Shown here in pieces: positions 8,073-17,244 of a stretch of DNA of 64,000 nt. Under the pieces are notes generated by a model, which made no database searches, was not told where the DNA came from, and saw only the letters and a list, made by a program, of their open reading frames with translations. The stretch is taken from the IMG/VR virus record IMGVR_UViG_3300046714_000065, positions 2,436 through 66,435 of that record; one strand, 5' to 3'. The translations under genes were made by a program, and so were the position numbers. Origin of the DNA: a virus. The first letter of the stretch is position 1, and each line of letters starts with the position of its first letter.

Positions 8073-10220
8073 TCATAGGAATGAGAATTCAGAGTTAAGT
8101 ACTTCTACTACATCATAACTACCATACTCGATAGGTATGTCACTTACACCTAACTGATCTAACAACCCAGGTAAAGGATTGTTTTTGTATAACGAATAAA
8201 ATTGTTCTCTAACCACTCTGGATAAGTTGTCCATGTTACCTGGTACACTACCAAATGAATCATGGATTGTTACTACATCACCTGGACAGTTATCTATTAC
8301 TCTCATTAAATGTGCTGCATCTAAACTGTGTACTACATTAGGAGCTGCACCCGACTTCTGCTTACTAGGTATCTGTATCTGATTCTCATCATCAAAGCCT
8401 ACAGCCTTAATGATCTGACCATCAAACGGTACACCTAATGTGAACTTAGAACTGATACTGTAATCTTGAATTACTACAAAGCCATTAGGTGTTGTCCAGG
8501 TTAGCTCTTTACCTAGAGTACCTATACGCTTACCTGCAGTCTCAAATACCTTTAACAGTGCAGTACTCTTAGGCATTGATTCATACATGGTATTGTATAT
8601 CAGGTTACCAAGCTGAATAGCCCAAGTGTTATCCATGAATTCTAAACCTGCAATGTTATGCTTAGGCGCATCTTCCATGATTTGGTTACCAGCACCATAT
8701 CTCGTGACGCCATAAACCATCGTCATAACGTTTCTCTTACAAATCTTTCTACGCTCACCAACTGATTGAAATCTACTCCAGAACAAAGGTGCTGCTCTAG
8801 CTATCACTTCTTTATTCTCTATTACATAAGCTTTAAGAGCATTACGTGCTGGCTCTTTGTTATCAGCATACCTAGCTGCTTTTCTAAGCTCTATTACCAG
8901 ATCAACTACATGTTCTAGACCTATCGCTTCTTGAGCTAACTCTTCAATTCTACGCCACACGAATGCAGCTACATAAGCATATAGATCACCTGGAGTATCT
9001 CTGTCTACTAAGTTAACGTGACTAGCGGATACTTCATCACGAGTTAATGCTGCTAAGTGCTGTGATCCGTTACAGGAACCGTCCACAAAGCAAATCACGT
9101 TACACTGATAGTTCTCAATCTCATTACCTGATTCAGCCCACTTAAGTATATTATCATACTCAATACACTTAGCTATAAACTGCCAAGGCTCATCTGCTAC
9201 TACCCAACCATCATCATCTATAGCGTTATTAGCGTATGCCCTAAACTTATCTGAGAGACTATCTACCCAGACAATGCGATCTTTAAATGATAGCTTATCT
9301 GACTTAACGCCAAAGGTAGTAGCACCTGCAAAGTGTGAAGCTAAACCGTGTTTAATCCAGTTAAAACCATTCTTACCAAGAGGCAATGCATTATCTAGTA
9401 CTAGTAAAGACCTAGCTAGATCATGACTCTGCTCATGTAAGAATCCTGTATAAGGGTATAATCTTGCTCTAAAATCAACAAAGTAATTACTATAAAATTT
9501 GTTCTGACTGAACTCAATTGCTAAGTCAATGATTCTGTTAATCATCAATCGCTTAGAATCAGATGCTTCAGATGACTTAGACTTAAGGTAATTAGTAATA
9601 ACTCTACCATTAGTTATTCTTAATTTGATAGCTAAGCTCAATACACCCTTGTTTATGGTCCAGGCTCTTTTAGCTGCTTTATTAAGTGTTCTAACTAATG
9701 TGTGATTATCCTCTGACTTAAAAGCTTTCTTAGCCTTCTTTAATCCTCTAAAGATACTATCCTTAGTTACCTCACTTGGTACTAGTGTAGGTTTAATAGC
9801 TGTTTGTGCAACTCTAGTTGTATTCCAAAGTTCACGTATAGCCTTTATATCTACATCTACTAGTACTGCCTCATTATCTTCATTAATCTCTACTATCAGT
9901 ATACCTGACATATGGAATACTAGTAGTAAGAATGAGCCTAGTAAAGGCCAATCTCTTACATTGTAAACCTTGCCAGCCATATGACACTTCTTGCCTAGAT
10001 AACCTATTAGTTCAGGTGTAGGCATCTCACTTTCTATGATCCTTGCTAGTATTTCTACTGATCTATTTATTAAAGCTTCTGCTTCATCCTTATTTAAGCC
10101 ACCTAATGACTCTAATTCTGGTAATTTATGTTGCTCATTATCAATTAAAGCTTCAAAGATTTGGTATAGTAGCTCCTTATGCAAATTAACTCCTTCATGA
10201 GAAGAGTGCCCTAATGGCAA
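8073..10220 (-). CDS. single-subunit T7-like DNA-directed RNA polymerase (true start probably TTG at 10184)
   Basis: DFRARLY (DxxGR-like), VDGSCNGSQH (motif A), RKICKRNVMTMVYG (B), PNVVHSLDA and IHDSF (C); C-terminal FSFL. Confidence 0.96.
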   Translation of the reverse strand: MPLGHSSHEGVNLHKELLYQIFEALIDNEQHKLPELESLGGLNKDEAEALINRSVEILARIIESEMPTPELIGYLGKKCHMAGKVYNVRDWPLLGSFLLLVFHMSGILIVEINEDNEAVLVDVDIKAIRELWNTTRVAQTAIKPTLVPSEVTKDSIFRGLKKAKKAFKSEDNHTLVRTLNKAAKRAWTINKGVLSLAIKLRITNGRVITNYLKSKSSEASDSKRLMINRIIDLAIEFSQNKFYSNYFVDFRARLYPYTGFLHEQSHDLARSLLVLDNALPLGKNGFNWIKHGLASHFAGATTFGVKSDKLSFKDRIVWVDSLSDKFRAYANNAIDDDGWVVADEPWQFIAKCIEYDNILKWAESGNEIENYQCNVICFVDGSCNGSQHLAALTRDEVSASHVNLVDRDTPGDLYAYVAAFVWRRIEELAQEAIGLEHVVDLVIELRKAARYADNKEPARNALKAYVIENKEVIARAAPLFWSRFQSVGERRKICKRNVMTMVYGVTRYGAGNQIMEDAPKHNIAGLEFMDNTWAIQLGNLIYNTMYESMPKSTALLKVFETAGKRIGTLGKELTWTTPNGFVVIQDYSISSKFTLGVPFDGQIIKAVGFDDENQIQIPSKQKSGAAPNVVHSLDAAHLMRVIDNCPGDVVTIHDSFGSVPGNMDNLSRVVREQFYSLYKNNPLPGLLDQLGVSDIPIEYGSYDVVEVLNSEFSFL

Positions 10221-10383
10221 AATAAATTAAAGTCATCGCAGTAGCAGCTACGACAGAATACATAATCAACTTGATCACATAAACTGAGGTAACTGCTACT
10301 GCAAATATATAAATTAATTTTGAAACGGCTCCTTTTCCCATATATTTCTCATGCTGTATCCTTTCGTGGATTGTTACGAAGAG

Positions 10384-10548
10384 TTATTTGGCAATCACAT
10401 GGACTACCAGAACTAGAAGCAGAGCGGCAAGTAAGCCAACTGCGACGGTCGTAACTACTACAGCGAGAAAGGAGTAAACAACCCCTACTGCTGCGAGTAC
10501 GTAAGGCATCATTGCTATGAAGAGAACTATGCTGAGAAATGTTTTCAT
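10384..10548 (-). CDS. small membrane protein (54 aa)
   Basis: Read by hand: MKTFLSIVLFIAMMPYVLAAVG..., almost entirely hydrophobic. Confidence 0.45.
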   Translation of the reverse strand: MKTFLSIVLFIAMMPYVLAAVGVVYSFLAVVVTTVAVGLLAALLLVLVVHVIAK

Positions 10549-10597
10549 TTAAACTAATCCTGATTTACGTAACCTAATTCAAGCCAGATTCCCATGG

Positions 10598-10849
10598 TCA
10601 ATCCTTTCCTTCGTAATGCTCCTTCCAAAGACCAGTGTAGTAGAATACCTTACCACATTGGGTACATTTAAAGCGACCTGTGTCTATATCTTCAGTCGTG
10701 CTCCTTTTATAGGGGGCTGGCTCATACCAACCACCATCATCATTCTCGCATATTGGCGGGTATACCCATGCTTCATGCGTACACCTCTCTTGCTTTGCTT
10801 TTAGCTCTTTTCTTTCTTTGATCTCCTTCTCTGTGAATAAACCTTTCAT
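10598..10849 (-). CDS. small zinc-ribbon-like protein
   Basis: CTH and FKCTQCGK motifs; ATGA overlap. Confidence 0.55.
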   Translation of the reverse strand: MKGLFTEKEIKERKELKAKQERCTHEAWVYPPICENDDGGWYEPAPYKRSTTEDIDTGRFKCTQCGKVFYYTGLWKEHYEGKD

Positions 10850-11067
10850 GAGCTTTCCTCTGGATATCTGCGCTTAAAAGCAATTCTTGCTAATTCAGCA
10901 TGCTCTTGATACTGCGGATGATTCTCAGGAATATAACGACCTAAGATTTTAGCAACGCGTAGAGCAAGAGGTATAGCTTCAGGATACTTAGATAGCCCGC
11001 ATAGTTCACAAGTTACTGCATCACCCATCATGCCAAACCCATCAACAAATAGGTGATTACAAATCAT
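10846..11067 (-). CDS. hypothetical protein
   Basis: ATGA overlaps on both sides. Confidence 0.5.
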   Translation of the reverse strand: MICNHLFVDGFGMMGDAVTCELCGLSKYPEAIPLALRVAKILGRYIPENHPQYQEHAELARIAFKRRYPEESS

Positions 11068-11294
11068 TTGATTGTCTCACCTTTAAGCCTATTCAGATCG
11101 CTCTTAGCTGATATCAGATAGATATTGACACCTGTAAGGATATTCCTACGATCACCAGTAGGCGTGGCATTAATCAGAAACTCTAGCTCCTGCATCACTG
11201 CATCAAGATTTCTCCTTGCAATAGATAACGAGAGATTTCTTGATTCAATCCTACGACGAATAGGGTCATCCATGTACTTAGAAAGGTCTACCAT
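11064..11294 (-). CDS. hypothetical protein
   Basis: Coupled ORF in the operon. Confidence 0.5.
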   Translation of the reverse strand: MVDLSKYMDDPIRRRIESRNLSLSIARRNLDAVMQELEFLINATPTGDRRNILTGVNIYLISAKSDLNRLKGETIK

Positions 11295-11449
11295 TAGGGC
11301 CTCGCTGACTTCATATAAAAACCGCCTGCTTTGAGTTTATCCCAAACATCCTGGGCGTGCTTAATACCATCATTAGTTGTGTTCACTTCTAGATGAAGGA
11401 ATTGCCAACCAATAGGGCATTCAATTAAAGAAAACCAAATAGTATACAT
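11294..11449 (-). CDS. small hypothetical protein (51 aa)
   Basis: Read by hand: AAGGAGAGG RBS, MYTIWFSLIECP..., TAATG overlap with the next gene. Confidence 0.5.
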   Translation of the reverse strand: MYTIWFSLIECPIGWQFLHLEVNTTNDGIKHAQDVWDKLKAGGFYMKSARP

Positions 11450-11602
11450 TACCTCTCCTTAATAAGTAAAGGTGACCCGTTCCAGAAGAAAATAATCACA
11501 TTGCTGTGTTGGCGGTTTCATCACATACCATTGGGATTAACCTTTGGAATAGTACGCCCTTTACATCTTCTGCGGTGGTATCTACCGGTTACTAACTACT
11601 AG

Positions 11603-11854
11603 CTACGCTTCTTCCTTCGTAGCCTTGATAGCAGCTTCGAGCTCCTTGTTCTTGTCGGTAAGGCGATCAACCGACTGATCCAAACTAGTGATCTTCAAGT
11701 TCAGACCTTCGATCTTCTTGTCACGAGCCTCGATATTCTTCAAGGCTTCAGCCAGAGAAGCTTTCAGACGGATACGCCCAGGATTGCCCTGAGCATCCAA
11801 CTGGGCTTGCAACTGGCTGCAACGAGCGGCCATCATATTACGGGTAACACGCAT
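11603..11854 (-). CDS. coiled-coil hypothetical protein
   Basis: AGGAG RBS; heptad-like C-terminal half. Confidence 0.6.
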   Translation of the reverse strand: MRVTRNMMAARCSQLQAQLDAQGNPGRIRLKASLAEALKNIEARDKKIEGLNLKITSLDQSVDRLTDKNKELEAAIKATKEEA

Positions 11855-12178
11855 AAAGTTCTCCTAACAGTGGTTGAGGGCAGACCTTAAGGTAGTCTGT
11901 ATGTCCCTTCTCAGGGAACCTTAAAGCATACTCGAATGCATACACTCGTCTATATAGCGGACATATTATCCGTTATAAGGAACTAAAATTGTATATGCAC
12001 AAGGCTATACTTGCTAGCACGAGATTGGTCACTAGGACACTGGGCTACCGCACGGGCCTTAACACACTGGCAGCTACACCCTCATTAGTTTACACCTTGT
12101 GAGTGTTTCATCCTTACGGAATCTTCGGAACTAAAATATGATAAGAGCCTTGTGAGCCCTTACCATATCCACTATCCA

Positions 12179-12451
12179 CTACCTCTTGCCAGCGATCACG
12201 TCGTTGGCTTGTTGCTCAAGCTTTGTGAGCTCAGCACGCAAGGCCAATCGTTGCATCTTGTTCTGACGCAACTCATTGACGTAACGCTGGGTAGCCAAGT
12301 ATATGCTACGCAACTTCTTCTCGATCTCCGCTTGCTTCTCAGCTTCCAACTTAGCTTTCAAGTTGGTGATAGTCTCCTCGGTTGCAGGAGACATGTCTGT
12401 CTTGGCCAAGCGAGTCAAGAAAGAACCGAAATCAGTACCGGTACCACTCAT
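12179..12451 (-). CDS. coiled-coil hypothetical protein
   Basis: AAGGAG RBS; helical, charged composition. Confidence 0.6.
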   Translation of the reverse strand: MSGTGTDFGSFLTRLAKTDMSPATEETITNLKAKLEAEKQAEIEKKLRSIYLATQRYVNELRQNKMQRLALRAELTKLEQQANDVIAGKR

Positions 12452-12555
12452 ATAAGCTCCTTACACGTAATAACACTACATACGGCCTATTCCGTAATAG
12501 TGGCCCAACTTCGAAAAAATAAAAGATGTTCGTATGGGGTCATTTCCCCTCAAAC

Positions 12556-12830
12556 CCTGTTTTAGGTACAGGTGGACCTCGCTGTTTACAGCTTTGTTGT
12601 AAGTACTAGTTCCTTCAACAGCCTGTTTAAGTTACAGGCTAACTCGCTGTTTACAGCTTTGTTATCATTGATAACAGTCTATTTCTAAGATATAGACTAA
12701 CTTCGAACGGGGCAGCGCTTAGCTTGTTCATTTACCCTGACAGTCTGATTAGCTCGACTAAGCTCGCTGATAACATCAGCTTGTCTAACACCTTAGGTGT
12801 TTATGTTAACTACAACGGGTCAGCTAAGCT
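12556..12830. ncRNA. putative structured non-coding element (modular hairpin cluster with a 21-nt direct repeat)
   Basis: CTCGCTGTTTACAGCTTTGTT occurs at 12578-12598 and 12643-12663, and there are at least 8 short inverted repeats in an intergenic gap. Confidence 0.45.
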
Positions 12831-12835
12831 TATGC

Positions 12836-13267
12836 TTAACGTCCACGGATGTAGGCAACAATCACGCAGTAGGCAACGAGTGCAGCACCAAGCGCCCAGT
12901 AGAACGCCTGTACAGTCATCGCTTGCATGGCACTTTGGCAGATCGCGGCCACGATCCAACCAACGAAACCAGCCACGATGGACAGGGCATTCACACCAGG
13001 AATGGCGGCAGCTACGAAGGCTACAACGCTTCCCCAACCAGCGAACGACGCAACGGCTGCGTAGGTGCTATAACCCATGAGGGCCAAAGCAACGTTGAAG
13101 GTCACAGTCATGATCGCGTAGAAGAACAGCGACCAGCAGATGAACTTCACGACGGGGTTGCTCAGGAGATTCCTGAAGAACTGAACCACCGATTGAAACA
13201 GACCCGAGATGAAACCAACAGTGTTGCTGGTAACGTTTTGGGCGCCAAACACATGAGCGTGAGCCAT
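12836..13267 (-). CDS. multi-pass membrane protein (early)
   Basis: TAGGAGATTTACC-ATG start; 3-4 hydrophobic segments. Confidence 0.7.
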   Translation of the reverse strand: MAHAHVFGAQNVTSNTVGFISGLFQSVVQFFRNLLSNPVVKFICWSLFFYAIMTVTFNVALALMGYSTYAAVASFAGWGSVVAFVAAAIPGVNALSIVAGFVGWIVAAICQSAMQAMTVQAFYWALGAALVAYCVIVAYIRGR

Positions 13268-13301
13268 GGTAAATCTCCTAATGGTAAAACTAACTTGAGG
13301 A

Positions 13302-13333
13302 GGATTCCTCATATAAGATGGACGCTTTTGCGC
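13302..13333 (-). promoter_or_regulatory. putative phage promoter, copy 3 (GCGCA-N7-CCATCTTATATGAGGAATCC)
   Basis: One of three intergenic copies; about 35 nt upstream of an RBS+ATG. Confidence 0.65.
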
Positions 13334-13351
13334 ACATCTTTCTTGCATAAA

Positions 13352-13582
13352 CTACCTCTTACAGTAGTAAATGTACTCACGAGTAATCCGCTCATTGGTG
13401 AGCAGACCATCGAGTTCCATCTCCTCATCCTTTGTGAGGTCAGATTTCTTTTCCAACTCGCTCTTACGTTGGCGCATTGCCTTCGTGAAGATCTCGTTGA
13501 ACAAGAATCTTGATTCACTCACTTGGAGTGCGTATGCTGCCATCAGCATGAGAATGCCGACTACGATCAGGGTTGTAGCCAT
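13352..13582 (-). CDS. small membrane-anchored protein
   Basis: AAAGGA RBS; N-terminal TM segment followed by LEKKSDLTKDEEMEL. Confidence 0.55.
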   Translation of the reverse strand: MATTLIVVGILMLMAAYALQVSESRFLFNEIFTKAMRQRKSELEKKSDLTKDEEMELDGLLTNERITREYIYYCKR

Positions 13583-13717
13583 GATAGTCCTTTCTAAGGC
13601 CAATCAAAGCATCTAGTTTTTTATCTAGATGCCTTATGTACAAGTCCTCTAACCAGAAGAAGACCGCGAAAGCTACAACAACAACTACTGTTGTTATAGC
13701 CCAGAAGCTCGTACCAC

Positions 13718-13957
13718 TCATACGGCGCTGAAGTGCTGGCTACGAAGCCAGTCACCACGAACAATACGAGCCAGTTCAGCAGCTTCCTTCTCAGTAAGCG
13801 CCGACTTCTTTTCCAACACCTGACGACGGGTCAGGGGCTTACGAAAAGCGGTAAAACGTTCGATGGCTTCGATGCTCATGGCAATCAAGAAGCAACCGAT
13901 GAACGCGCTCAGGTTAATGATCGCGACCAACACAAACATAACGATAAAGGCAGACAT
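13718..13957 (-). CDS. small membrane-anchored protein
   Basis: TAGGAG RBS; N-terminal TM segment followed by LEKKSALTEKEAAEL. Confidence 0.6.
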   Translation of the reverse strand: MSAFIVMFVLVAIINLSAFIGCFLIAMSIEAIERFTAFRKPLTRRQVLEKKSALTEKEAAELARIVRGDWLRSQHFSAV

Positions 13958-13987
13958 GGTGCTACTCCTAATTGGGTTAATTGTGAG

Positions 13988-14019
13988 GGATTCCTCATAT
14001 AAGATGGATGAATCTGCGC
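13988..14019 (-). promoter_or_regulatory. putative phage promoter, copy 2 (GCGCA-N7-CCATCTTATATGAGGAATCC)
   Basis: Has the same 20-nt core as the copy at 13302 and the same N7 spacing. Confidence 0.65.
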
Positions 14020-14041
14020 AATCCACCCATCTTACTGAGCC

Positions 14042-14596
14042 TCAAGCTTGCATCAACTCTTGCCTGGTCTCAATCTGAATCAGCTTCAACTCTTCCGGAA
14101 CGTCATTGAATTCCAGCTTGTAGAGTAGATCAGGGAAGGCTGCCTTGAAGACTGACAGGCCATCTTTCATCTTAATGGCACTAATGATGTCAACCCGATG
14201 GATATGCTGGCTATAAGTTCGATCCTTATAACGCAGATACAGACCTATTGACGGGTTGATAGAGCTTACCATCATGTCATTAGCGTATGCCTGACATTTC
14301 TGATAACGAGTCTTGAAGTCTTCAATATCAAACTTCCCTTGCTCTAGAAGTTCTAAGCTATGTTTAACTGCCCATCGAGCATCAGTGTCAAACGTGGTTC
14401 GACTCAGCTTAAACTCAAGACCCTTGATATCGAGCTCTTCAAACAGCTCACCAATCAATGCTCCAAGCCTTGCAGCATAGAACCTGAAGGCCAAGACCTT
14501 CATGAAGTTCTGCCATGCAGTAAGCTTCACGGGTTCACCTTGGATCTGCCACACTTTCGTGTCATTGTACAGTTCAGGTATATCGGCTAGTTTCAT
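14042..14596 (-). CDS. hypothetical protein
   Basis: 184-aa ORF with an ATGA overlap. Confidence 0.65.
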   Translation of the reverse strand: MKLADIPELYNDTKVWQIQGEPVKLTAWQNFMKVLAFRFYAARLGALIGELFEELDIKGLEFKLSRTTFDTDARWAVKHSLELLEQGKFDIEDFKTRYQKCQAYANDMMVSSINPSIGLYLRYKDRTYSQHIHRVDIISAIKMKDGLSVFKAAFPDLLYKLEFNDVPEELKLIQIETRQELMQA

Positions 14597-14871
14597 TTTG
14601 CACTCCAGATAATTTCAGGATTGATTACGTAATCAGACGCTTGATAACGCTTAGCCATCACGTCTCGTCTATAGGCTAATGCGTAGGCTTCAACACCCCA
14701 CATATTTTGGTACTTGATGATCTGCATGACCCTTTCATCGTCAGAGTAGTAGCCATCATTGGCCATGATTTCTTCCGCTAGTTCTTTGCTAACTGTTGAC
14801 ATGTGATCCTCGGCTATAAGATATTGGTAAGAAATTGAAAGAAAGTATACTACAGATTCTTCAATCGCCAT
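14593..14871 (-). CDS. hypothetical protein (likely start at the internal MSTVSKE)
   Basis: ORF with a GAGGA RBS before the internal Met. Confidence 0.55.
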   Translation of the reverse strand: MAIEESVVYFLSISYQYLIAEDHMSTVSKELAEEIMANDGYYSDDERVMQIIKYQNMWGVEAYALAYRRDVMAKRYQASDYVINPEIIWSAK

Positions 14872-14881
14872 GTTTCCCCTG

Positions 14882-15190
14882 TTATTTTAGTATACGTTCG
14901 ACCAGCACTTCTGCTATGTTTTCTCTGCGTTCTTCCAGTATTCTTATGATGCTTACTGTACGCATGACTAGCGAGTGTGGCAAGTCCATCGTCTTGAGAA
15001 TTAGCGCTAGGGTATTCATAGTATCACCCAGCCTTCTTATTTCTTTTGCAATAGCTCTAGCGTGATCCAGGTTACCTGCATCCATCACACTAGTATCTAC
15101 TGCATCTTGCATGAGGCTACTTAAAGCACCATTCTTTTCGTTTACCAGTCTACCAACCAGATCATTAAAGATCTTCTCTGATTCGGACAT
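14882..15190 (-). CDS. hypothetical protein
   Basis: ORF with an AGGA RBS. Confidence 0.55.
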   Translation of the reverse strand: MSESEKIFNDLVGRLVNEKNGALSSLMQDAVDTSVMDAGNLDHARAIAKEIRRLGDTMNTLALILKTMDLPHSLVMRTVSIIRILEERRENIAEVLVERILK

Positions 15191-15198
15191 AATGTTTC

Positions 15199-15423
15199 CT
15201 ATACATTAAGGATGTTTACTACAAAGTCCCAGTCATCAAACATATTGACCCACCTGGACTTATCCGATTGATTGTTGTCTGGTCTGACAAGTAACCATGG
15301 ACCTACTCTGTCAGAGAATGATACATAGTCCCTTTTATCAGTAACAATCCAATGATTCGGACTGCCAGCTTCTCTTAACTTGTTTCTCCCCTTAACTGTC
15401 TTACCTTCTAATTTCACAAACAT
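15199..15423 (-). CDS. hypothetical protein
   Basis: AGGAGG RBS. Confidence 0.6.
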   Translation of the reverse strand: MFVKLEGKTVKGRNKLREAGSPNHWIVTDKRDYVSFSDRVGPWLLVRPDNNQSDKSRWVNMFDDWDFVVNILNV

Positions 15424-15495
15424 ACTTCCTCCTATTAAAGCTAAATCACAATCATGAGGGCACTTATGATGCCCTGCATGGCTGTAATCTAAAGA

Positions 15496-15798
15496 CTACT
15501 CTTGACCAACGACCTTCCAGCCGCGTTCTGAAATGATTTGAACCTTTGTGCGGTTCTCATTCATCTTCAGCCTTGCCACACTCTCACCAGTTATTGTACA
15601 ACTGATGGAGGCACTGGTGTAACCGTCATACATCAAGTGTTGCATCGCGGCCATCGTAGCAGACTCTAATGTCTTACAGTAACCTGGACGCTGACCACTA
15701 GCGTACTCAGTCTTGAAGAACCGGTATCCACTGCTTGCGTAAGGTATCTGAGCCTTACTGGTTGGGACTATCGATAATTTGAATGCTGCTCTTGCCAT
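15496..15798 (-). CDS. hypothetical protein
   Basis: AGGAG RBS. Confidence 0.6.
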   Translation of the reverse strand: MARAAFKLSIVPTSKAQIPYASSGYRFFKTEYASGQRPGYCKTLESATMAAMQHLMYDGYTSASISCTITGESVARLKMNENRTKVQIISERGWKVVGQE

Positions 15799-15841
15799 GT
15801 AATTCTCCTACGGGTTGTAAATGGGACTAAACTACCTACGA

Positions 15842-16171
15842 TCAAGCGATTTCAATCGCTCTATCCAACACTTGCATTACAGTACGATGTAACCTGTTGG
15901 GTGCATCATTGAATTCGGTGGTTATGCAGATGAGCCCAGTAACATCCTTAATGGCTTCTAAAAGTAGGTACCTGGCTTCACGATACCTTGCATCATCATA
16001 ATCCTCACCAGCTACAACAGAAATGGCCCCTGTCATACACCAAGAGCAAGCATCTGCGTCTGATGCCAATACTGCTACACCATGCTTGTTTCTAGCTGCA
16101 GCATTCTTGCACCAGTGATCTGGATCCTCTAGCTTGGCCTTAACCGCTACTAACAACTCCTTGACATTCAT
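15842..16171 (-). CDS. conserved phage protein (DUF6197-like)
   Basis: WCK...AR...G......A.SWC..GAI and FND.P.R.H..V..VLDRAI pattern. Confidence 0.6.
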   Translation of the reverse strand: MNVKELLVAVKAKLEDPDHWCKNAAARNKHGVAVLASDADACSWCMTGAISVVAGEDYDDARYREARYLLLEAIKDVTGLICITTEFNDAPNRLHRTVMQVLDRAIEIA

Positions 16172-16399
16172 CAGTATGGCTCCTCTTTAGTAGGTTTGTG
16201 ATCCTGCACAACACACAGCATGAGGCATTCTTTCTCAGTGAGTTCACGCTCACTAAGAACCCACATGATCTTCTCTTTGTGAGGTACCTCATGCAGTTTG
16301 TTGATACTAATCAAGGCTTGTTTCATTGTATCAAACTTCTTGTCTAAGAAGTTCTGTCCAACAATATAACCATAAATCACTCAGTACTCCTTATGTAAA

Positions 16400-16476
16400 T
16401 GGTAGGCCGTGTTGGACTCGAACCAACGACCAAAGGATTATGAGTCCTCTGCTCTAACCAACTGAGCTAACGGCCC
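16400..16476 (-). tRNA. tRNA with CAT anticodon, most like tRNA-Ile2 (lysidine type)
   Basis: GGGCCGTTAGCTCAGTTGGTTAGAGCAGAGGACT-CAT-AATCCTTTGGTCGTTGGTTCGAGTCCAACACGGCCTA-CCA; full cloverleaf with encoded CCA. Confidence 0.92.
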
Positions 16477-16482
16477 TGACAA

Positions 16483-16668
16483 TCAGTGTTTAGCCTGCAT
16501 CTCTTGGTGAGCTGCAGCTATGTCTCTGCGCATCTCCAACACTGTTTTGTGAACAGCATCTTCAATACGTCTTGCAAGAAGTTCAGCCTCGATATCATTT
16601 GCCAATTTGAATGGCAACTCGATGTCAAGACGAGCTCGCTTGTTCTTGAATCTTGCTCTGACTCTCAT
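16483..16668 (-). CDS. hypothetical protein
   Basis: ATGA-coupled ORF. Confidence 0.45.
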   Translation of the reverse strand: MRVRARFKNKRARLDIELPFKLANDIEAELLARRIEDAVHKTVLEMRRDIAAAHQEMQAKH

Positions 16669-17057
16669 GTGTCTTCTTCCTCGTAAGATGGGTATCTGTT
16701 GTTGAAAGCATGAGCCGATGGAATGGCCTTGTACTTGTCAACACCTTCAGAGATCTCTTTCTTGAACTGTTGTGCACTCCTAAAAGTTGTAAACGTCTGG
16801 CAGCGACCACCATGGCCTCTGACATCTTGAACGTAGTCCTTACCGACTTTCAACCAAGTAAAGAGACTACCTCTACCCTTCGGACCTTGAAGCGTCATGT
16901 GGGTAATCTGTACATATACCTTGTCAAGTATATCTACAAACACCATACAACGCCACACTGAGTTTCCAGCTCGAAGCCTATCAGCTCCTTTGCAAGTTAA
17001 ATGCACTTCTACTCCTAAGCTAATGGTGAGTTGATAACCAGATTGCAACCAGGGCAA
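16665..17057 (-). CDS. hypothetical protein (start uncertain)
   Basis: ORF lying between the two tRNA genes. Confidence 0.45.
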   Translation of the reverse strand: MPWLQSGYQLTISLGVEVHLTCKGADRLRAGNSVWRCMVFVDILDKVYVQITHMTLQGPKGRGSLFTWLKVGKDYVQDVRGHGGRCQTFTTFRSAQQFKKEISEGVDKYKAIPSAHAFNNRYPSYEEEDT

Positions 17058-17244
17058 ATAGACATCATGGTAGCCTTGCCCTCAATATGATCTGCCTTAT
17101 GATCATAACTAACTCGTATATGAGGATTGTCTGAGACAGCAGCGAACTGGTCTTCAGTAATCTCTCTATCGAAGTATACAACTTCACATACTCGACATGT
17201 CTTCAGGTAACGGTAGCGATACATATCTTTACCCTAATCTAAAG

